DNA of 64,000 bases from Octopus vulgaris (GCA_951406725.2 OX597819.1:51460001-51524000); one strand, 5' to 3'. Counted from the first letter of the stretch, positions 29,590-42,890 are shown. The notes: a model not told the origin generated them from the sequence alone. Program-made: numbers and translations.

Positions 29590-29945
29590 CGGAGTCAATT
29601 TATTACGGCCGTTTCAAGCGGCTTCTTTAATTGATTAATGAAAACATTGCATCATTTGATAAAAAAACAGTTCTCGTCAGATGACCGCATATACTTCAAA
29701 CATACACACAGACGCAGACCACACCCACACGCGCATGCATGCACATACGCGTTTTATAACGTTGCTGAAAGGAAAACTTACGTCGGTTTATGCAAAGGTA
29801 ATTTCAAAAGACGATACGCACACCACTAGTCTTCTTTCGGGCAGAGACGAAAATGAACCCATTACGTTGGCTAGCTATGTATGAGAACTTGAAGAGCAAC
29901 AGCACACCACATACAAGAAATGAAGCATCATGGATGCTACGCCAC
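29590..29945 (+). mobile_element. PLE GIY-YIG remnant
   Basis: KTYVGLCKGNFKRRYAHH*SSF...TLASYV*ELEEQ...K*SI, matching YIG..E..FK.RY.NH..SF...T.LS.Y.W.LK......WSI. Confidence 0.75.
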
Positions 29946-31078
29946 AAAATGAAAGATGAAGATTACTATAATCAAAAAGGTTAATTGGTGGGGGGTATGG
30001 CCTCGAGATGGCCATAAAGTGGGCCTTAAAGACTTGCACGAGATCACAGAGGAAATTATTCTACCGGAAGACGTTAGGCTAAGAGTGGTGGTGGAAGGCC
30101 GAGCACCAACATGTTTCTTGTGCGGTCAAAAGAGGCACATGAAAGCAAGATACCCCCAGAAAGAAAAAGAGGAGGAGCAGAAGCAAAGTGTGAATGACAG
30201 AGTGCCGAAGTGGCGGTGCCTGAAGGGGAGAAAGACAAAGAAGAACCATTCACTGTCGTGAATAGGAGGGAAAGGAAAGAGCATGTGAGCTCTCCACCAG
30301 CGAGCCAGAAAAGGATGAAGGAAATAGAGATGGAGGAGACAAAGAACTGGTTCGATACACCAGCAGTACCAACAATAAATAGAAAGTAACGTGGAAGCAG
30401 AAACATCATTGCAACACGTTATAGAGGACATAGACGTTGAGGATTTTTTTAGCGCCCCAATAGAGGAACCAAGAGGAATGACTCACTCGGACAGCCCAGG
30501 TCCGTCGCTGAAACAAACAAATGTAACACAGAGAAAGAACAAGTGATATATGGTCATATACGTCAAAAGTACTGCAATCGAACGGAAGATCACAAAATAC
30601 AAATCTGTCATGAGGGTTAAGTTTCCACCAGAGAAATATCCAGAACACATCAACGGAATAGTAATCGATAAAGAAAGATATAGCAAACTAAAAGAACTGT
30701 TCGGAAGTAATATAGACCCTTTAGGTGTTAAGATAGAATTCGACGATTTACCATCAGTCGTGGAGTACGAGGATCTGAAACTTTTGATGAACTGTCATAA
30801 AGAAATTTATCAAAAAGGAAAACAAATAATAAACTTTTAAAAAAGAATGCTAAAAGTAAAAAACGAGAGAAAAAGAAAAACTTTTTAAAATTGTATGATT
30901 TAACTATATAATGGTACTGCTTGAGGGCGGGGCTCATGCAACCATTTCATCATCATTTATTTTTATTACTTTTATATACATTTTTCATTCGTTTTATGTC
31001 TTTGTCCCACTGTGGTGTTTTGTCTGTCCTTGTGCTGTACTCTCTGTGTTATGGCCGTAGTGCCAAATAAAGAATAAT
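29945..31078 (+). mobile_element. ORF1-only (HAL1-like) L1/Tx1-type retroelement, 5' truncated
   Basis: VVVEGRAPTCFLCGQKRHMKARYP zinc knuckle, charged linker and a 96-aa C-terminal ORF (30550-30840); no APE or RT; 3' tail ending aataaagaataa. Confidence 0.65.
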
Positions 31079-32251
31079 CGTGTTGGTAATTAGTTCTCTG
31101 TGAGCCATGACTGAGGACGGTGAGTTTCGTGTAACAGCGATCATATAGCGTCGTATAAATGCTTTCTTTCCCACTCCCTGATTCGTTAAATTATGTATCC
31201 AACATACAAGGATGTAAAACATACCAAATACTTATAATCTGTGAATTAGTAGCTCTAGTTCTAAGGATTTACTAGGCTTGGTGTGTATACAAACGGATCG
31301 TTTACTTGTTTCTCTGTGACTGGTCAAATTATATGTATATCCTTGATGAGACCTCAATAAGGATCGAAAATCGGAAGTGTTAGAGATTGATAGAGACATA
31401 GATCTATAAATATATGTGGGTGTGTGTATGTGTATATATGAGTGACAGAGAGAGAGAGAGAGAGTCAGATAGATAGATAGACAGAGAGATAGAGAGAGAG
31501 AGAGAAAGAGGGAGAGAGAGTTTTCTGTGTGTGGTTGATAATAGACAAATTAAGTAGTTTGAAAGACCTCTTTCAAAAAATATCATACTCTCACATGGCA
31601 GATCATGGAGAAAGGATGTGACAGAATTCACGCTCCAGCCTATTATCCTATCATTTGTGTCCTTAGACTGAATCAGATATATACATCAATATTCCGTTGA
31701 ACCCTATGCTGCACACGTCTTATTCAGCTTAGAAACGATTCGAACTGTGAAACAGCGTGTCCAAAATGTTTCAATATTGGAACTGCTTTTATTGCTGCTA
31801 AAATTAACACCTGCATGTATACAACCCACGTTCATACACAAATATGGAGAAGCACGTAAGTACACAAACAGAAGAAAGCAGACATTCACCCACATACATA
31901 CGTACACAAACACGTATATGTACATATATGCCTGCGTTTTTTGTGTGAGGTATGTGAATGTTTTCGTTAGTGAACGTGTGTATGTGGGCGTGTGTTTGTA
32001 TTCACGTGTGTGTGTGTGTCTGTCTGTATGTGTGCATGTGTGCGTATGGCAAGATGTAAAGACACCGAGTACAGTGACAAAAACAATCTCAACTTAATTC
32101 AAAACGATAACTCAATTAGAATATCCATCCATCTTTTTTTTCCAATATACATACATTGCACGTATATAGAAATGAACAGTTGTATAAAAAATATTACACA
32201 TACAACACACACAAACGTTGACATATATATATATATGAAAATATATATATG

Positions 32252-32303
<52 letters not shown>

Positions 32304-32426
32304 CATACATATAAAAAATATAAAATATAGGTATAACATACGTATAAACTAAATATAATATAGACATATATATATATGTGTGCGTGTGCGTGTAAATATA
32401 GGTAGATGTGTAATACAAATATGTAT

Positions 32427-32463
<37 letters not shown>

Positions 32464-32820
32464 CGTATATGTATTACACATATCACACACACACATATAT
32501 ATGTAATTGTGTGTGGTGTGTATAATATAAATATGTGTGCATGCATATATATGTATATATATATAGATATACATACATATATACATATGCTTACGCATAT
32601 AAAGATATATATATAAATACACACACACACACACATATATATATATACATATACGTATGTGTTTGCTGAATCATATGAAATTAATACTTAAATAATTGAT
32701 GCTATAAAGTTTTTAAAATCGTACACACACACATGTATAACACCGAATGATGATAAATCGATGCGTATACGCATATCTATACGTGTGGTGTATGTGTGTA
32801 TGTGCTTGTGTTTGAGTGAG

Positions 32821-32882
<62 letters not shown>

Positions 32883-33239
32883 CATGTGTGTGTTTTTCGC
32901 AGAGAGCGAAAGCAGGTTTTTCTTTGAAACATATCTTGATGAAAAACAATTTTCTGTGCCTAATGTGTTTTATTTTTAAAATTTCTAATTCCATGAGTAT
33001 TTTTACTTGTTCCTCGAAATCAATCTCCTAATTTCGCATTTTCATCTCATCGAAGATTCCTGACGACATTACGGTAGTATTCCATAGAAGGAGAATGGTT
33101 TCTACGTTTGTTTCTTTGCTTACTTTATATATATATAGACATTGTAATTTCGATTCTGATTAGTTACAATAAATATCATAAGCAATATCATAGACGACTG
33201 TTCAGCACTACGTATATACGCCAAGTGCTGTCATTTTTT

Positions 33240-33532
33240 CAAACCTAGTCAGGCTCATGGGGTCGGTTTCCCGGTTTCTATGGCGTAGGTGTTCCCACCA
33301 GCTGGACGCGACGCCAGTCAATCGCAGCGTTATTCAAGAAACAGGAAGACAGAATGAGAGAAAGTTCGGGCGAAAGTGTACAACAGGGGTCGCCACGACC
33401 CCGTGCCGGAGTTTCGTGGAGCTTTTGGTGTTTTTCGCTCAATAAACACATACAACGCCCGGTCTGTGAATCGAAACCGCAATCCTCCGACCGCGAGTCC
33501 GCTGCCATAACTACTGGGCCATTGCGCCTCCC
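33240..33532 (-). mobile_element. tRNA-derived SINE with a V-domain-like segment (OR1-like)
   Basis: Head ggaggcgcaatggcccagtagtta...ggtttcgattc; ctgcgattgactggcgtcgcgtccag...gaaaccggg; second copy at 56038-56345. Confidence 0.75.
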
Positions 33533-33924
33533 AAGTCCTGTCATAACGTCGAGTTATTTGGAACTGCTTGGTCTAGTGGTTCGCGTATTCGGTTCATGCT
33601 CATAAGATCATGGGTTCAATTCCTGAACCGCTCGGAGCATTTTCATCTTGATCTAAACACATAATTTAATGTTGTTAAAATGAGCAACAACTGCTGTCTG
33701 CTTCCAGCAGTCAGATTCTGTATGTTCTGTACCTTTAGGTCATAGGTGAAGGGGTTGAAAGGATATCTAGGTGAGCTCGTGACTACCTAGGCACAGAAAA
33801 CAATAAATGATGGCATGATACATTACCAAGCCATATTCACTCGCGAGTGACTGCTAGCTGTAATTATATTCAGATATTTGAACACTTGGATTCGCCCTGT
33901 ACCAAAGACAACGAATATTTTATA

Positions 33925-34123
33925 CTCTTTTACTTGTTTCAGTTATTTAACTGCGATCATGATGGAGCACTGCCTTTAATCGAGCAATTCAACACCAGGT
34001 CTTATTCCTTGTAAGCCTAGTACTTATTCAATCGGGCTCTTTTGCCGAGCAGCTAAGTTACGGGGGCGTAAACACACCGACATCGGTTGTCAAGCGATTG
34101 TGGGGCGACAAACACAGACACAC
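33925..34123 (-). mobile_element. OR2-like SINE, 3' half
   Basis: Reverse complement of the family tail. Confidence 0.85.
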
Positions 34124-34445
34124 AGTTTTAGACGCAGCAAATGATTTTAGCTCAATAGAGGCGATTGATTGGTTAAAATTCGAATAATTAAACTACGTTA
34201 AACTTGCAAATTACAATTTTCTCAAGAAAGTCAAGAGAAAAAATGTTTTATTTTGACACATTCTACCAGTATACGAAGTTTAAAAGTGTTTAGTTAACTA
34301 GAAATTGTGTTGAAAACTGCCGTTCAAAAGGAAAAGATCTCAACAACCTCCTAAGCAGATCGAGTGCAGATATAAGCAGCATATGGAACCGGTGTGAAGG
34401 AAGGATAGAAAAAAGCCCTAAAGCCCTAAAATTCACTCCATAATT

Positions 34446-34529
34446 GCCCACGAGTATATGGCGTAGTGGTTAAGAGCGTGGGCTACTAACCCCAAGATTC
34501 CGAGATCGATTCCAAGCAGTGACCTGAAC

Positions 34530-34584
<55 letters not shown>

Positions 34585-34728
34585 TTGAAAAATACCTTAG
34601 GAATGAGAACCCAGGTTCGAAATTTCCCCAAGTCACCAGAAGAAGGCTGGAGGGTATATCAGCCGAAACGTTGTGTTAACAACAAACAAGATAAGGACAA
34701 ATATCCGTCGAATGTAAATAATGTAATG
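34446..34728 (+). mobile_element. tRNA-headed SINE with internal (AAT)n and a hammerhead-containing tail
   Basis: A-box TGGCGTAGTGG (34459-34469), B-box-like GAGATCGATTCC (about 34502), (AAT)n, then CAC-CAGAAGA-A-GGCTG(GAGGGTATAT)CAGCC-GAAAC-GTT-GTG (34634-34675), and an AATGTA-repeat end. Confidence 0.75.
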
Positions 34729-34877
34729 TTACTTAGAGTTTCACGTTCTCGTTCGTCGGACATTCATTGTGATGAACATATTCCTCAAATTGTTCGACGA
34801 ACGGGAACGTGAAACTTTGAGTAGCAGTTTTGAGAAAGTTTTGCAGTTTTAAAAAATATACGTGCGTGCGTGCGTGC

Positions 34878-34939
<62 letters not shown>

Positions 34940-35792
34940 AAACAAAGTATGACTTGCACAATTTCTGGTCCAGCTATTTCTCTGTATATTGTATCATAAA
35001 TCATAAAAAATTTGTCCTCGAGCCTTCTTCACCTGATCGTGTAGTATCTCACCGTGATAACGACATTAATTCGACCCAATATATAGTAATTCTCTGTCAA
35101 TAATCGGACACGTTTAGCGGAATGAAATGCTGTACGGCGTCTAATTTCGAGTTTTCAATTTTTCAGCTCAAATTGCGTAATGATCAATGAAATAAGATTC
35201 ATTTGACTTTGTAATAGAAACTGAATAAAAGATCGAAGAGCGAGAGGCAGAAGGGTATGTGTGCGTGAATGTGTATTTATGTGTACGTATTTGTAGACAT
35301 AAGTGTGCGTGTGTGTGTGTGTATGTGAGAGAGAATGCGTGTGTGTGCTTGTACGCGTGTGTACGTACGAGTACCTGCTAGAGGTAAAAAAGAAAAACAC
35401 GTATCTTCTGAAACGAAAGTTAATAGGTGATAATTTAGAACTGATTGCTCAAACATAATTACTAAAGACACTGACACAACAAAACACAACACAACACAAC
35501 ACATACACACATGCACACACACACACCGCAATACTATACATTAACAAATCACATGTACAGACGCGGAAATACGCACATACACGTACACGCGTCATGAAGA
35601 ATATTTTAAATTTTTCTCCCAGGACAGTTGCCACTTCAATGGAGTGTTTTGTTTGTTTTGTTTTTTTTTTTGTTTTTTGTTGTTTTTTTTTTCAATTACA
35701 CTGTAAAATGACAACAAATAATAACATCAACAACTCCAAAGACAATAATAGCAACAACTACAATGACGACAACGATGAAAACAACAACAACA

Positions 35793-35832
<40 letters not shown>

Positions 35833-36008
35833 TTACTACTACTACTACAAATACTACTACTACTACTACTACTACAAGACTATCTTACAGCGATAGCGAT
35901 TACTGGAGACAAAAGTATGGGAGTAGCAACATAAAAAACATAATTTGATAGAAAACCGTGAATGTGTGTGAGCGTGTTTGCGTATGTGTGTGTGTGTGTA
36001 CATACATA

Positions 36009-36241
36009 CAGGGTTGGCCAAAAGTCACCTGACAGTAAACCAAAACCATTTAATTCCAAGATTTATGTATGTTTAACAAATGAGTGAATTTAATAAAAGC
36101 ATCTAAATATGAAACATCATGAAAATTGTTCAAACTGAAGTCCTTCTTGAACGACACATTTTTCCATTCGACTCTATACAGAGTTACAGATAGTATTTCT
36201 GGAATTTTGATTTACTGTCGGGTGACTTCTGGCCAACCCTG
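36009..36241. mobile_element. Tc1/mariner-type MITE
   Basis: TA TSDs; ~35-bp TIRs CAGGGTTGGCCAAAAGTCACCTGACAGTAAA / TTTACTGTCGGGTGACTTCTGGCCAACCCTG; internal transposase C-terminus (-) RMEKCVVQEGLQFEQF. Confidence 0.9.
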
Positions 36242-36244
36242 TAT

Positions 36245-36567
36245 GTGAACGCGCGTGGCTCAGAGGTTAAAGTATTCAACACGCGATTGTGAGGTCGCAC
36301 TTCGGCTCCCAGCGCGTCGCAATTTTGAGCAAATCACTTTATTCCACATCGCTTCAGTTCACTCAGATAGCAAAATTGAGTTATATCTGTAATTTTAAAG
36401 AATTAGCCTTATCGCATTCTGTGTCACGCCGAATCTCAATGAAGACTACGATAAGCGTATGCATATCTGTGGAGTACTCAGCCACTTGCACGTTAATCTC
36501 ACGCGAAATCTCTTTTCCAGAACGAATAAACTGGAGCATCCGCCGCCGTAACCGAAGTGGTGCCATC
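36245..36567 (+). mobile_element. tRNA-derived SINE with ctgtggagtactcagccacttgcacgttaat tail family
   Basis: Related copies at 38108-38422 and 48162-48486; diverged copies near 8808 and 27625. Confidence 0.8.
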
Positions 36568-36643
36568 TTTGTTCACAAAAATATACACATACGTATGTAT
36601 GTATTTACATTCGCGCACACACACACATACACACGCACACACA

Positions 36644-36949
36644 TGTCTGGGGAGAGTCATTTTCTTTATGGGCCTTATAATTTAACACGCTCGCCAGTAA
36701 AATTTCCATTTATTCCTTACTTTTATTTTCCTAAAAGGATTAGCCTTATCACATTAGTCAAGACAATTGAAAAGATGCAAGACGCAACGAAAATTTTAGG
36801 AAAATTAAAATAAGGAATCAGTGGAAATTTTACTGGTGAGTGTGTTAAATTATAAGGCATAAAGAGAAAATTACTCTACCCAGACACAACAGAATATGCT
36901 TCAACACAAAAACTCACATAAAGAATCTTGCAAACCAAATCCAAAAACG

Positions 36950-36952
<3 letters not shown>
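36644..36952. mobile_element. Fold-back element, probably an inverted PLE pLTR
   Basis: 36644-36736 is an inverted copy of about 36795-36887; the right arm extends to a (TA)n tract. Confidence 0.7.
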
Positions 36953-37011
<59 letters not shown>

Positions 37012-37014
<3 letters not shown>

Positions 37015-37145
37015 GGTCCCGGGTTGAGTCGGGGTTAACCACAGTAAATAAGGTACTCAATACATAGCAGAGTAAATTAATTTATTTTATAGAAGGAGCT
37101 TCTACAGGACTAGAACTGTTTCATTCAAATGAAATCATCAGGAAT
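37012..37145 (-). mobile_element. PLE pLTR fragment beginning with a hammerhead (37100-37144)
   Basis: TTC-CTGATGA-T-TTC(ATTT)GAA-T-GAAACAG(TTCTAGTC)CTGTA-GAA; intact core; (TA)n on both sides. Confidence 0.7.
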
Positions 37146-37237
37146 ATATATATATTCCACTTGTTTACATTTTGAATGGCGGTGCCCCAGCATGGCCACA
37201 GCTCGTGAGCTGAAACTAGATGAAAATGAAAATATAC

Positions 37238-37413
37238 TCTTTTACTTGTTTCAGTCATTTGACTGCGGCCATGCTAGAGCACCGCCTTTAGTCGAGCAAA
37301 TCGACTTGTTCTTTGTAAGCCTAGTACTTATTGTATCGGTCACTTTTGCCAAACCGCTAAGTTAGGGGGACGTAAACACACCAGCATCGGTTGTCAAGCG
37401 ATATTGTGGGGGG

Positions 37414-37452
<39 letters not shown>

Positions 37453-37615
37453 ATATATATATATATATAAAGTATACGACGGGCTTCTTTCAATTTCTAT
37501 CTACCAAATCCACTTACAAGGCTTTGGCCGGCCCGAGGCTATAGTAGAATACACTTGCCCAAGGTACCACGCAGTGAGACCGAACCCGGAACCATGTGGT
37601 TGTTAAGCAAGCTAT
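37238..37615 (-). mobile_element. OR2-like SINE
   Basis: Reverse complement family match. Confidence 0.85.
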
Positions 37616-37740
37616 TTATATATTTATATATTTGTGTGTGTATGGTGTATATATATATATGAGCGTTCAGTTTTCGTTCATAAATGATTATTTATACCTG
37701 CATAAATGATTTAGTTTTAGTGTTCATCTGTATGTAGTGT

Positions 37741-38422
37741 ACAATGGCCCAATGGCTGGGGCAGCAGACTCGCGGTCGTAGGACCGCGGTTTCGATTCCC
37801 AGACCGGGCATTGTGAGTGTTTATTGAGCGAAAACACCTAAAGCTCTTTCACCACAACTTTGTCTCATTCTATCTTCCTGTTTCTATTGTACCTGTATTT
37901 CAAGGGGCCAACTTTGTCACACACTGAGTCACGCTGAATCTCCCCGAGAACTACGTTAAGGGTACGCGTGTCTGTGGAGAGCTCAGCCACTTACACATTA
38001 ATTTCACGAACAGAATGTCTTGTTGATCGGATCAACTGAATACCGCGATAAATGCATATTTGTATACACATATATGTATGTGTGTGTGTGTGTGTGAGCG
38101 CGTCCATGAAGGCGCGTGCCTTGGTGGTTAGGGTGTTCTGTTCGTGATTACAAGGTTGTGAGTTCAATTCCTGGTGACGCGTGTCTCCTTGAGCAAAACA
38201 CTTTATTTCACATTGTCCCCTCAGCTGGCAAAAATGAGTCGCACCTGTAATTCAAAGGGCCAGCCTTGTCACCTTCTGTGTCACGCTGAATCTCCCTGAG
38301 AACTACGTTAAAAGTAGACGTGTCTGTGGAGTATTCAGCCACTTGCACGTTAATTTCAGGAGCAGGCAGTTCCATTGAACGGGTGAACTGGAACCCTTGT
38401 CGTCATAACTGACCGAGTGCCA
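37741..38422 (+). mobile_element. Two tRNA SINEs with different heads but the same tail (37741-38040, 38108-38422)
   Basis: The first has the OR1-like head, the second a CORE-like head; both continue tcacgctgaatctccc.gagaactacgttaa. Confidence 0.8.
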
Positions 38423-39138
38423 CATATGTACATGCATACATACACTTCTAAATAATAGGCTCTCCCATCGATGACAATATGAGTGTTCAGTTTTCGTTGA
38501 CCTACCTGCAAAAATGATTTATTTATATTGATCATCTGTTTCGCTGTACATTAAATCACTCCCTCCACTACTAAATCGACGTTGTCTGAAGAGGTTCCAC
38601 ACGAATAGATTTATATTAACCTCTTCCCCACAAAATAAAAGAAAATAATTACTTCCAGGAAATCATCGTGGATAAAAGAAAGAATATACTTTCTCACGAT
38701 AACAAGTTTTCGCGTCTTAAAATATGCACTGAGGATTGACAAGAAAACATGCATCGACGCTCCGGTATGGGTGCAGTCCAATGAATTAAACCAGTAAAAA
38801 TGTATTTACAAAGGTATGTCAATGTGTATGTGTGGTAGTGAGTATGTATGGTAGTGAATATGTTTGCATTTACACTCGTCAACGTTTACAATCACATCAA
38901 CACATTTATGATTTTTTACTATTCTTACCTCTAGCAATGCTGTTTGCAAATAACTGTTTGCAAATTTCTGTTTCGTCTTTATTTATGTGTGACACCTGTC
39001 CACAAGATCTATACAATAAAATAAATACTCCAATTTGGCTTTTATGTATGCAAGTATGTATGTGTGTTTTCATACATACTTACATATGTATAATTGACAC
39101 ACACGCACACATATACATATATACTGAGAGATATACAT

Positions 39139-39177
<39 letters not shown>

Positions 39178-39291
39178 TATATATGTGCCTACGTGTATAT
39201 ATATATATATATATATATACACGTGTGTGTATAATTATATATATATATACGTGTGTGTATGCATACATATAAATACATACATACATACATG

Positions 39292-39330
<39 letters not shown>

Positions 39331-40264
39331 GTATGTATAATCACACATATTCATATGCTAACAGAAGCTTTGTCGTATACATACATACACATTTGTGTTT
39401 TGTGATCTGTCACCTCTCATAAATATTCAAATGGTTATTGGTTTTGTCGGTTGTTTAGATCAACTTCCGGTGATTCAGTGTAACAATGCTGTTCCTCGCA
39501 TTATCTCCCTTCTCCATCCTCCATCCTCCATCTTTTTCACACTGTCCTCAACCTATCTTAGTGTTCCATTCAAGCGTACCATTGATAAAATACTGTCCTG
39601 TCTTTATTCTTTTTTATTGTATCACTATTTGATGAGACTTTAGGATCATTTCACTGAGATGAATCAATGACAATCATAGGTCTGTGGTAGGTTTTCATTT
39701 ATGTTTTACTTGGTATTTTTGTCTGTTTATGTATTTATGTTTTTTTATTTATTTATTGTCAAGTGTATGTGATGAAGGAGGGATTTTGGTGTTGTTGCTT
39801 TTTTCTAGATTGCTTCTTTTTTTATTATTTTTATTTCTTCTATAACAATTAATGGAGTGTACTATTTATTGCTTCGAGTCGTTCTTTCTTTCTCTTTTTC
39901 TTTCATCTCTCTCCCTTTCATTGAATTTTGTTCATTGTCTCTCACTCTCTCTCTCATCTCTTTCTCCCCCCCTCTCTCTCTCTTTCTTTCGCTATCTCTC
40001 CTTTTCTGTCAGTCTCTTTATCTCTTTATATACCTAGCTATTTAGATATCTCTAATTGTCACTCTCTCTATTAATGTGAAATGCTTTTGCAATTTATATT
40101 TATATATATATAGTCATATATACATATATACACACACACACAAACACACATGCACACGCTCATACACATATACATATATACTTATTTATTTATATGTATG
40201 CATATATGTATGTACATTTATACATACATAAACACACACGCACGCACACAGACACACAGACACA

Positions 40265-40316
<52 letters not shown>

Positions 40317-40325
40317 TATACACAG

Positions 40326-40381
<56 letters not shown>

Positions 40382-40924
40382 TAAAATGACAGTACTTTCG
40401 ACTAGTATGCGTCAGACGGTAACTCTCCTCAATCAGGGTTCAACTTAGGCCAAACAGCAACTACAATTACAACCGCAACAACAATAACCTTAAGGTTATC
40501 TTTTCTGCATCTTTAGGTTTTATACGCCCCTCCTTACGTTATGTGTGTGTATGTATGTTTGTATGTATTTATGTATGTATGTGTATTGGGAAACTTTCTT
40601 GAGTGGGACATCAAATTTCGCTTTGCGGCTTATTCAACCAGCTGAATAAGCCGTTTATGAACTTCGACTTAAATTCAGCACTGTATTGAATTATTCCAAT
40701 TAGTAAACGTCCCGTTCTTTTTACTTAAACTAGCATCGAATAACTTTATTTTTACGCTTATACACATACAAACACACACACGCGTACACATAAACACACA
40801 ACGCGTATGATATGTGCATATGTTTGTATGTACGCATATATCTATTTATCTATCAATCTATCTAACTATATATATATATATTTATACATATATATACATA
40901 TATTTGTATATATGTATATGTATC

Positions 40925-40981
<57 letters not shown>

Positions 40982-41067
40982 AAATATACAATATATATGC
41001 AAACGCATACATATGTACAAACATACTTATATATAAACATACACACACATACATATGTGTGTGTGTG

Positions 41068-41422
<355 letters not shown>

Positions 41423-41501
41423 TGCATACATATATACACAAGCACAAAAATACACATATGTATATATGCAGTATGCATATATGTATGTATGTATGTATCC
41501 A

Positions 41502-41725
41502 TTTGAGGCACGTTTCACAAATAAGTTCCTCATTTCGTCATCAGAAGAAAGGTGTTACATTCTGTCCAACACGTATAATAAACTCTGCACCGTCTCTTCT
41601 TTGTTCAAGACTTTTAGCTTCCCTCAAGTCCTCTGTGTCTGGAGTCCAGAAGTACCAATTAACATTCGGAATGTGTCTCAGACATCTTTAATGGAAGAGT
41701 AATTCCGCAATTCTTTATCCTATAT
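41502..41725 (-). mobile_element. Probable PLE fragment ending in a hammerhead motif (41502-41550)
   Basis: CTGATGA-CGAAATGAG(GAA)CTTATTTG-T-GAAACGTGC-CTC. Confidence 0.5.
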
Positions 41726-41789
41726 CTATAATGATAATACACACGTACATATTTAACTTCTTTGACATAATATTCACGGGATGTACCAG

Positions 41790-42340
41790 CTTGAAAACGA
41801 ATGATTACCGTAAACGTAGACGAACGCCATGAAAATAAACGAATAACAAGAAGACAAATGAATGCTACGGCGGGAAATGAATGTCATGAAAATATATGAA
41901 GGCGATGAAGATAAACAGGTGATATGAAGTCAGGATGCGTTCTATGATTATAAATGAATGCTTTAAACTTAAACGAATAGCAATGGAACTAGATGAATAC
42001 TATGACAATGAATGAATGTCATGAAAATAAATTATATATATAAAGGCAAATGAATGCTATGGATGCTTTGAAAGTAAATGAACGTCAAGAAAATAGATGA
42101 TTGCAAGGAAGATAAATGCATGCTATGTAGACAAATGATTGTAAATGTCAACAATGTAAACAAACGTCATGAAGATAAATTGATATTGGTATTTTTAAAA
42201 CAAATGTCTGTCTTGAACAGAAATGAATGCTATGAACATAAATGTTAGATTTTGGAAAAAATAAATAAAATAAAGGTCTTGAAATTTAATGACTCGTTTG
42301 AAAATAAATGAATGTTATAGATACAAATGAAAACAAATAT
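41790..42340. repeat. Degenerate ~19-bp minisatellite (consensus about AAATGAATGCTATGAAAAT)
   Basis: Recurrent aaatgaatg(c/t)..(a)tgaa at roughly 19-nt spacing. Confidence 0.65.
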
Positions 42341-42424
42341 TAAGCGAAATTAATAAAATAAAAAGGAAATCTGTACATAGTGAAATTTTATTCTCTCTGC
42401 TTACTTTGCCAATAGTTTTTAATA

Positions 42425-42890
42425 TTGATTTCAAATTCTGGCACAAGGCCAGCAATTTTTCGGAGAGGTAAGTTGATTACATTGATCCCCAGTTCAAATG
42501 GTACTTATTTTATCAACCCGCGAAAGGATGAAAGGCAAAGTGGGCCACGATGGAATTTGAACCCAGATCGTTAAGACAGACGAATTACCACCGAGCATTT
42601 TGCCTGGCTTGCTATCGATTCTACCAGCTAGCCGCCCGAAAGCAGCTTTTAATATTCGAAGGCAAAATAAGACAGCGAGTCGACAGAATCGTTAACCCAC
42701 CGGACAAAATGCTTAGCAGCATTTCATCCGTCTTTCCGTTCTGAGTTCAAATTTCGCCAAGGTCAACTTTGCCTTTCATCCTTTCGAAGACATTAAAATA
42801 AGTACCAGTTGAGCACTGGGGTCGATGTAATCGACTATCACCCTACTCCAAAATTGCTGGCCTTGAGCCAAAATTTGAAACCAATATTAG
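42425..42890. mobile_element. Divergent head-to-head pair of Meta-core SINEs (42425-42636 -, 42670-42890 +)
   Basis: Both carry the core and the gctggccttg.gcca.aatttgaaa.caatatt tail. Confidence 0.85.

Noticed and set aside
34446-34530. tRNA gene calls at SINE heads (also 33460-33532, 42924, 56038, 57722)
   Set aside because: No intact acceptor stem or cloverleaf; each continues into a SINE body
41790-42340. EGF-like INEC repeats as coding sequence
   Set aside because: The period of about 19 nt is not a multiple of 3, stops are frequent and other cysteines are absent
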